DNA from: Candidatus Micrarchaeota archaeon | GTDB taxonomy: Archaea > Micrarchaeota > Micrarchaeia > Anstonellales > Bilamarchaeaceae | Assembly (NCBI GenBank): GCA_043800955.1 | Contig: JAZDMN010000078.1 | Location: forward strand, 1 to 59,881 | Reading direction: 5' to 3' | DNA length: 59,881 nucleotides | In this document: piece after piece, positions 53,833 to 59,881 of the stretch | How the letters are laid out: the number at the start of each line of letters is the position of its first letter | How positions within the stretch are numbered: the first letter of the stretch is position 1 | Notes under the pieces: model-generated | Told to the model about the DNA's origin: nothing | The model's input: the letters and a program-made list of their open reading frames with translations, nothing else | The model's database searches: none | Made by a program: the position numbers and the translations under genes

Positions 53833-54724
53833 TTACATCCGGGAAAAATATCATCAGAAGGGGAAATTTCCCATATGGCTAGAGTACCACATAGAAAAAA
53901 TGGCCCATGACTACAAAACTGAAGAATTTTTTGCAAAACACCGGGTAAAGCATGCTGTAGCCGATAAAAAAGAAAAATACAAAAAGGAACTGAAAAAACT
54001 TCAAACTGAACATGAACAAAAACTGGTCAAGGAATTAAGGAACCTCGATAAATTTCGCAACGTTCTTACCGGCTCAGAAGAAAGCCACAGGGAAGCCGAG
54101 GAACGTGTTTACCATTTTGTTGACAAATTCTACAAAACCTGCGAAAGGCTGGATAAATTGCCATCACGGCATAAGACGGAGTCAGATCTGGCCAAAGAGG
54201 AAGAAAAGGAAAAAGAGGCCGAAGAAGAGGAAGAGCAAGAGGACAAAGTGAAAACTCTGGCAAATGGTTTTTATGCTGAAAAAGATTTAACTGCTCGACA
54301 ACGTGATTTCCTCCAGAATAGCCGATATAAGCGTTTGAAAATAAGCCCGTATGGAGATTCAGGAGCTGCTTACTACTGGGTAAAAACACGCTACAATGAA
54401 GGCAAGGAACACGCCTTCTTTTGCTATCTGATCAAAACAGAATTGAAAAAATACGTGAAGACAATCAGCATGAATGTCAATAGTGGGCCCGATATTGAGT
54501 TTGAAAGAAAAAAGGTCAGGTATTGCATAGATGTTGAGACTGGAAAGAAATTGCAGAGAGAGCCGGAAGAAGTCGATTGGAAGTATGCTAAATATAAGCG
54601 ACGGTATGGAAAAATCCTGATATTCGTTACCAGAAGGAAAATGAAGAAAAAATATTCATATTACGGAGATGTATTCGCTAGGGGAAAACTCAAAGAAACC
54701 ATAGCTGCCTTATTCAATCCATAA
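53819..54724 (+). CDS. Hypothetical protein with acidic coiled region and possible C-terminal PD-(D/E)xK-like nuclease fold
   Basis: Start set at MKSTDYIREKY. The C-terminus reads EHAFFCYLIKTEL...GPDIEFE...CIDVETGK; the nuclease resemblance is weak. Confidence 0.4.
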   Translation: MKSTDYIREKYHQKGKFPIWLEYHIEKMAHDYKTEEFFAKHRVKHAVADKKEKYKKELKKLQTEHEQKLVKELRNLDKFRNVLTGSEESHREAEERVYHFVDKFYKTCERLDKLPSRHKTESDLAKEEEKEKEAEEEEEQEDKVKTLANGFYAEKDLTARQRDFLQNSRYKRLKISPYGDSGAAYYWVKTRYNEGKEHAFFCYLIKTELKKYVKTISMNVNSGPDIEFERKKVRYCIDVETGKKLQREPEEVDWKYAKYKRRYGKILIFVTRRKMKKKYSYYGDVFARGKLKETIAALFNP

Positions 54725-54783
54725 CACTCACACATACAGAGTAGGGAGTAGGTTAAGCGGCCCGATTTTCTTTGATTTATCGA

Positions 54784-55653
54784 ATGAGAAAAGCACCAAA
54801 ACGCCTAATTTTTAGGGGGTTCGACCAGGTTCGCCTAATTTACTTTATGGTCCGGGACAGAAAACTCCTTAAACAATCTTTACGTATACAGTCTATGACG
54901 GATTCTCAGCCGCATTCTACATCGAAGAATGGAATCCATGGCCTTGGAAATCTTTCTCTTCTGATTTTCATCGCAATTTTACTTTCTCTATTCACATTCA
55001 TTCAATTTAACGTAGGTCCAAACGGTACTTTGACAGATTCAGCTCGCACAACGTACGGAGCGAATAAGGAAAATCTTTTAGGGGTAGTCACGAGCCATTT
55101 TATTCACCGTGATTCGAATCATTTAGTCAATAATATTGCAGTAGCAATTCTCTTACTGTTCTTTGTGTTTATTCTGGAGTCTAAGGATTCTTCATTTAAA
55201 GAGTTGGGGCTTTTTTGGTGGATTATTCTGCCCGTCGGCATATCAGATTTATTTTTAGTCGCCTTCAATGCTTATGCAACTACAATTATTCCATCATTCA
55301 ACCCGTACTCAGTAGGCCTTTCCTTATTTGACACATATCTTCTCGGTTTTTTAATGATTATCGGGTGGAAAAGATTGATTGCGGTTCTTGTCAATGGGTT
55401 CACTGAATATCTGAATGTTTGTAAAACTAGAACTCTCGGCAAAATCAAAGTGCAGCATTTCCTTTTTTCATGTATTTTCTTATTGTTAATTTTGATTTCT
55501 TTCTCAATAGTCTGGACGATTTTCGCTACACTAACTAGCGGCTCAAGTTTGGATCGGCTGTGGACCGAATATGCCCATTTTATCGGGTTCATCTCCGGTG
55601 GTCTGGTTGGAGGGTACTGGACGAAAAAGAACCCAAAATCAAATTTACTTTAA
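54784..55653 (+). CDS. Rhomboid-family intramembrane protease-like protein
   Basis: HFIHRDSNHLVNN (HxxxxHxxxN), SVGLSL (GxS) and AHFIGFISGGLVG (AHxxGxxxG). Confidence 0.55.
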   Translation: MRKAPKRLIFRGFDQVRLIYFMVRDRKLLKQSLRIQSMTDSQPHSTSKNGIHGLGNLSLLIFIAILLSLFTFIQFNVGPNGTLTDSARTTYGANKENLLGVVTSHFIHRDSNHLVNNIAVAILLLFFVFILESKDSSFKELGLFWWIILPVGISDLFLVAFNAYATTIIPSFNPYSVGLSLFDTYLLGFLMIIGWKRLIAVLVNGFTEYLNVCKTRTLGKIKVQHFLFSCIFLLLILISFSIVWTIFATLTSGSSLDRLWTEYAHFIGFISGGLVGGYWTKKNPKSNLL

Positions 55654-55685
55654 ATTACTTTAAATTTCGATAATTTACTTTAAAT
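55645..55685. repeat. Three copies of the 11-mer TTACTTTAAAT in a convergent intergenic region
   Basis: Copies at 55645-55655, 55655-55665 and 55675-55685. Confidence 0.5.
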
Positions 55686-55690
55686 TAAAG

Positions 55691-57073
55691 TTATTTAATG
55701 TTTTTCACAAGCTCGTATCTTGCTCCCCTGTACTTACCGATTTTTCTGAGTTTTCCTTGCTTAACGAGCTCGTTTAGATCTTTGACTGCTGTCGGTTTTG
55801 ATACCCCAGTCATTTTAGCGTATTGAACTGTTTTAAGGATGGGATTCTTCTCAAGGTACGCTAATGCCTGTTTCTGCCTTTGATTCTGGAAATCGTCCGA
55901 ATATCGTCTTTTCCTGCTCTTCATATTGTAAAGGATGACCTTGAACGCATTACCGATTTCATAGAACTCTGGGTCGGGTAGCCTTACTTGCCTGAATTGC
56001 TTACGGATAAGCCTAATCCCCAAACCAAGCCCTTCTCCTTTACCAAGGTCATGAAGCAAACGATAGACAATTGGGTTCCTGTGCCTTGGCGTTTTATCGA
56101 AGTTCTTGATATTCTGACCAGGAAGCAAGCCACCCGGATTCGTTATTTCGAGCCTGTCCTCGAAAATCTCAACAATGACATCCTTTGACTCGAAATAATC
56201 CCTGTGCCCAAAAGCATTGGTTATGACTTCTCTCAAAGAATCGGGCGGATAGTCCAGAATGGTTTCTCTTGTCGTTCCGACCAAGGCGAGCGTTTTACCT
56301 ATGTTTTCTGATACCGCGTTGAAAGTGAGATCGATAAGGTCAGGAACAACTCCGTAAAAGCGTTTATCCAGCACGATTGCTCCGACAGCCGGTTCCGTTC
56401 CGGAGTATTTGACGATTCGAACCTCAAGATTGGAAAGGAATCTTTGAGGCTCTTTTGCAAAGAATAGGATAGATGCGTTCTTGAGGAAGAACTCGCCGTT
56501 ATAGTTGGCAACATTCAACCCTGCAAGAATGGGTTTGAGGTCTTCGTCTGTAAGGTTTTCTGTCTTTAAGCCTCGTTTTTTGAAGAATGCGAATATTTTT
56601 TCTTTATCGAGATCCTCCAGAGTAGCTTTGCTCTTGGATTCTTCAAAATTAAGCAAGGCTCTCTTTTTGAGGAAATCAATCAATTCCTCGCCTGATAATT
56701 CGAGGTTGGTCGTTCCTTGCCGGATATAGCACCTTTTGCTGAAGAAACAGGGGTTTTGTGAGTACGGAAATGCTTCGATCTTGAGCACAATAAAGGTTTT
56801 TCCTTCGTGGCGTATGAACTCCTGCTCGGGTTTGGGGTTGGGTTTGCACAGTTCAAGGACGTTCCTTAGACGTTGGGATTCTTCGTCGGGGTTGGGTATT
56901 CCCCTGAGTTCTTTCTTTTTCGGCTCAACACCAAAAACTATGATTCCCCCGTAAGTGTTGGCGAATGCACAAATCGTTTCCCCGACCTCTTTCTGGACGC
57001 TTAGCTTGAATTCCAGAGCTGGCCCTTCCCATTCGGAAACCCAACGTTGAAGATCAGGATAAGAAAAGATCAT
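55691..57073 (-). CDS. Schlafen/AlbA_2 domain plus HATPase_c_4-like domain plus C-terminal wHTH protein
   Basis: EGPALEFKLS...ICAFANTYGGIIVFGV (AlbA_2), LEITNPGGLLPG, and wHTH VQYAKMTGVSKPTAVKDLNELVKQGKL. Confidence 0.7.
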   Translation of the reverse strand: MIFSYPDLQRWVSEWEGPALEFKLSVQKEVGETICAFANTYGGIIVFGVEPKKKELRGIPNPDEESQRLRNVLELCKPNPKPEQEFIRHEGKTFIVLKIEAFPYSQNPCFFSKRCYIRQGTTNLELSGEELIDFLKKRALLNFEESKSKATLEDLDKEKIFAFFKKRGLKTENLTDEDLKPILAGLNVANYNGEFFLKNASILFFAKEPQRFLSNLEVRIVKYSGTEPAVGAIVLDKRFYGVVPDLIDLTFNAVSENIGKTLALVGTTRETILDYPPDSLREVITNAFGHRDYFESKDVIVEIFEDRLEITNPGGLLPGQNIKNFDKTPRHRNPIVYRLLHDLGKGEGLGLGIRLIRKQFRQVRLPDPEFYEIGNAFKVILYNMKSRKRRYSDDFQNQRQKQALAYLEKNPILKTVQYAKMTGVSKPTAVKDLNELVKQGKLRKIGKYRGARYELVKNIK

Positions 57074-57474
57074 TTAGGCACCTGATTTGGTATCTTTTTT
57101 ATTGCTTCGGTAAGAAGTTCAAGGACTTGGCCAAGAACCTTTTGATTTTTGCTTCTCGATTTAAATGAACTCAAAGTCCTCGCCTTCTCCTTGTATGACA
57201 TTATCTCATTTTTTGCCGTATTTAGATCGTTCTCAAGTATAGCAGTCTTAGAGCCCTTACACATTTTTCTCATCAACAGTATCAAAGAGACCTCGGACAG
57301 TTCGCAGTTTAATTGTAATTCTATTCGTTCAAAATCGTTAGACGAAACGGGTTTGTCTTTTATCTCTTCAAAAAGCGCAATCCATCGTTTTTTTAGTTCG
57401 GAAATACGCTTTTTGAACTTGCTATAGCTAATCGTTGCGGGTTGAGAGGGTAGACAAGGTGGTTCATAACTCAT
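57070..57474 (-). CDS. Small helical hypothetical protein between the RM gene and the Schlafen-like gene
   Basis: ATGA overlaps at both ends (57471-57474 and 57070-57073). Confidence 0.45.
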   Translation of the reverse strand: MSYEPPCLPSQPATISYSKFKKRISELKKRWIALFEEIKDKPVSSNDFERIELQLNCELSEVSLILLMRKMCKGSKTAILENDLNTAKNEIMSYKEKARTLSSFKSRSKNQKVLGQVLELLTEAIKKIPNQVPK

Positions 57475-59881
57475 TTTACCGCCTCCTCGACGATTTTGAT
57501 TTCTTCTTCAGTCAGGCCATATAATTCGTAGATGAGACGGTCGATTTCACCATCGGTTTTCACAATTTGCGTTTTGAGGGTTTGTGCTTCGTTGGAATTT
57601 TGATCGGAAATGTCTCTGAAATGTCGGTTGAGAGAAAGTAACTCATCAACCAATTTAACTAATTGACATTGTTTTTCAGGTACAACGATCTTTATTGGAA
57701 GTTGTGCTACTTGGCGAGCACCTATTTCAGAAAATACTGTTTTTGTTGATGCAAATACGTTTCGATAATAATAAGTTAGCAGTTTAGAATTGAAATGCGC
57801 TAAAAAATATCTTATATTAACATCTACATCTGGCTTCAGATTCATTATTACTAAAGTGTGTAACCCATAATATTGTTCCGTATCAAGCGTTGCAATTAAT
57901 CGATCAGCAACTCTTCTGAAAATAATTTTCTCCTTAGTTAGAAAAATAGATTCGCTCTTGCAACTATGAATGGCGTTTATATCATATTTTAGATAATCTC
58001 CGTCCCAACGTATGGAATAGCGACCAATATTTTTACCACCAACAAGCAGAGGTTTGGTGTTTTTTTCGAACTTGTTTTTTGTAACCCAGTTAGCCCTATC
58101 ATGCCTTAGAGCGATAGCCTGATTTACTTCGAGAAAACTTCCCAAGGGAAGAGCATCTCTTTCAACTTTCTCCCGAATGGAGGTGGATTTTTCATCTTCA
58201 TAGATATTGAATGTGGACTTTCTATTTATAGAAAAACGTTGTTGGTAAATCGTTTTATTCTTAATAAAATTCAATCGACTATCTAAATCATAGATAATCG
58301 TTTCATTAGTATTTCTATTTTTCTCAACAGTGCTTTTCTCAATTACAAGAATGATATTTTCTACAACTGCATCTTTGAAAGGTAAATTTTGAAAATTTAC
58401 AATTGATTTAATTTTAGATTTGTTTAGAATTTCGGTTCTAAGTTCTTCGTAATAATCTTGAGTGAGTAATGTATTTGGGATAATGAACCCCTCATTTCCG
58501 TTTTCATTTAGTAAATCAATCCCAAGTTTAATGAAAAAACCAAACGTGTTTAATCTGCCCATAGAAGATTCAAAACGCGTTATTAGATAGTTTTTCAAAG
58601 ATGGGGGAACCTCAGCCTCCATTGACAATTGAACATATGGCGGATTCCCAACCACAACATCAAACCCGCCATTCCTGAAAACTTCGGGAAACTTCTCCCC
58701 CCATTTAAAAGCCACTTCGCCAGCGACTATTGAATCATCAATGAGACTATTTCCGCATTGGACCGTATGATTTAGTGTTGGCAACTTATGCTTCCCTTCA
58801 GCCGATTTAAGGAGAAGATTAAGCTGTGCGATCTCAACAGCCTTGGGGTCCAGATCCACACCATAAATACAGTTCTCAAGGACCTTGTCCATGAATTCGG
58901 TGGTTCCCTTCAACTCATGGTTTAATGTGTGCTGTTTCTCACCGTTCTTTTTCATATGGCTTGTGTACCAATTCCTAAACTCATCATACGATCGAATTAG
59001 GAATGACCCCGAACCGCAAGCAGGATCAAGCATCTTGATTTTCAATGCTTCCTCAGGTTTACTGCATTTTTTTAGCCTCTCTCCCAAGGTATTTTTCACG
59101 ATATAATCGACGATATATGTCGGTGTATAGTAAATCCCATGGGCCTTTCTCTTGCTTTTCTGCTTGCTTTCTTTATCCCAGACCCTTTTCTGGATGTATG
59201 CAAGATAATTCTCGTAAATCGTTCCGAGTATATCAGCGTCAATCGCTGAAAAGTCGTAAGTCAAGCCGTTGGGATTAACGTAGCTCTCCTCGATTATACT
59301 CTCAAGTGTGCCATTTTCTATAGTCAGATTCTCTGAATAATGCGGAGCAAATATGCCGCTGTTATACTCGCCATTCTTCTTTGAGAAGAGTCGGGATAGC
59401 CAGTTCATCAGTGGAATCTTCTTATCGTTTTTCCACTGCCTGACGCACCATCTCAGAAGTTCTTCTTCTTCCAGCCCCCTGTCTTCGCATACCCTTACGA
59501 AAATAATTCTGTCAAGAATTTTCTGAACTGCCTCATCAATATATGCTTCAGCCGCTACAGAATCAGTTGGGAGACGGTTCAATCGTTCATGCTCTTTTAT
59601 GCCCTTTTCTAGAGCCTTCCTCCATCTCATTAAGTCTTCAAAGATAAGCGAGTCTATGGCCTCTTTTGGCTTTACTTTTCCGTATTTATTCGCCAACTGA
59701 TTTATCAGATTCTCGTTCATACCGTCGCGGCTAAGGATCCAAAGATCATCTAATCGTGCGACGGAGTCTTCAATTTTTATCGGCTCGTATAGTCTCCGTA
59801 TGTACTCTTCCTTATCGTAGTATTTTGCGTTATAGACTCGGATTTCCCTGAAATTAGTTAGTACAACCCATGTTTTGTTGC
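57471..59881 (-). CDS. Type IIG restriction-modification enzyme (gamma-class N6-adenine MTase with N-terminal endonuclease region); 5' end beyond the window
   Basis: DPACGSGSFL (motif I) and VVGNPPYV (motif IV). The frame stays open upstream of the track's Met (59720) to the window end: NKTWVVLTNFREIRVYNAKYYDKEEYIRRLYEP... Confidence 0.8.
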   Translation of the reverse strand, partial: NKTWVVLTNFREIRVYNAKYYDKEEYIRRLYEPIKIEDSVARLDDLWILSRDGMNENLINQLANKYGKVKPKEAIDSLIFEDLMRWRKALEKGIKEHERLNRLPTDSVAAEAYIDEAVQKILDRIIFVRVCEDRGLEEEELLRWCVRQWKNDKKIPLMNWLSRLFSKKNGEYNSGIFAPHYSENLTIENGTLESIIEESYVNPNGLTYDFSAIDADILGTIYENYLAYIQKRVWDKESKQKSKRKAHGIYYTPTYIVDYIVKNTLGERLKKCSKPEEALKIKMLDPACGSGSFLIRSYDEFRNWYTSHMKKNGEKQHTLNHELKGTTEFMDKVLENCIYGVDLDPKAVEIAQLNLLLKSAEGKHKLPTLNHTVQCGNSLIDDSIVAGEVAFKWGEKFPEVFRNGGFDVVVGNPPYVQLSMEAEVPPSLKNYLITRFESSMGRLNTFGFFIKLGIDLLNENGNEGFIIPNTLLTQDYYEELRTEILNKSKIKSIVNFQNLPFKDAVVENIILVIEKSTVEKNRNTNETIIYDLDSRLNFIKNKTIYQQRFSINRKSTFNIYEDEKSTSIREKVERDALPLGSFLEVNQAIALRHDRANWVTKNKFEKNTKPLLVGGKNIGRYSIRWDGDYLKYDINAIHSCKSESIFLTKEKIIFRRVADRLIATLDTEQYYGLHTLVIMNLKPDVDVNIRYFLAHFNSKLLTYYYRNVFASTKTVFSEIGARQVAQLPIKIVVPEKQCQLVKLVDELLSLNRHFRDISDQNSNEAQTLKTQIVKTDGEIDRLIYELYGLTEEEIKIVEEAVK

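Larger units (their letters stand above)
50130..59881. mobile_element. Integrated element or genomic island inserted at the 3' end of tRNA-Leu; its right end lies beyond the window
   Basis: Base composition drops abruptly right after the tRNA: hand-counted lines are 20-35% GC in 53.4-59.9 kb versus 53-60% upstream. It carries a tyrosine integrase and RM/defence-type cargo. Confidence 0.65.

Noticed and set aside
1-59881. CRISPR arrays, rRNA genes and IS transposases
   Set aside because: I scanned for regularly spaced 25-40 nt direct repeats, rRNA-like conserved stretches and DDE-transposase ORFs and found none. The only tandem DNA repeats are the short ones reported.

Overview
Gene-dense archaeal chromosomal segment. 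Archaeal markers are PriL/PriS primase, Orc1/Cdc6, aIF2-gamma, ribosomal protein S6e, TFE-alpha, pyruvoyl arginine decarboxylase, deoxyhypusine synthase, a PAC2/Pba chaperone and a class III signal peptide. Nt 1-50129 are GC-rich (roughly 53-60% by hand counts of a few 60-nt lines) with many 1-4 nt gene overlaps. All three tRNA genes contain introns, and tRNA-Trp appears to carry three. That pattern, plus murein-hydrolase-like genes, fits an uncultured small-genome (possibly DPANN-like) lineage, but this is inference only. Main content: (i) a pilin-like/RTX protein with a KaiC-like ATPase and a Ca-type P-ATPase; (ii) an orc1 gene preceded by ORB-like repeats; (iii) a copper-resistance cluster; (iv) a host-GC, minus-strand module at 35.8-43.1 kb. 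This module holds a VirB4-like 'DEAW' ATPase, apparently split from its membrane N-domain, together with an M23 peptidase, a zinc-finger membrane protein, a coiled-coil/wHTH protein and an 855-aa bitopic membrane protein. It has no relaxase, coupling protein or integrase, and it is my best candidate for an undescribed transfer or cell-contact system. (v) An AT-rich integrated element starts exactly at the 3' end of tRNA-Leu (50130 to window end). It carries a tyrosine integrase, a PIN-membrane protein, a rhomboid, and a translationally coupled type IIG RM / small protein / Schlafen(AlbA_2)-ATPase triad. No rRNA genes or CRISPR arrays were seen. The ORF track uses TTG/GTG as M, and several listed starts were revised.
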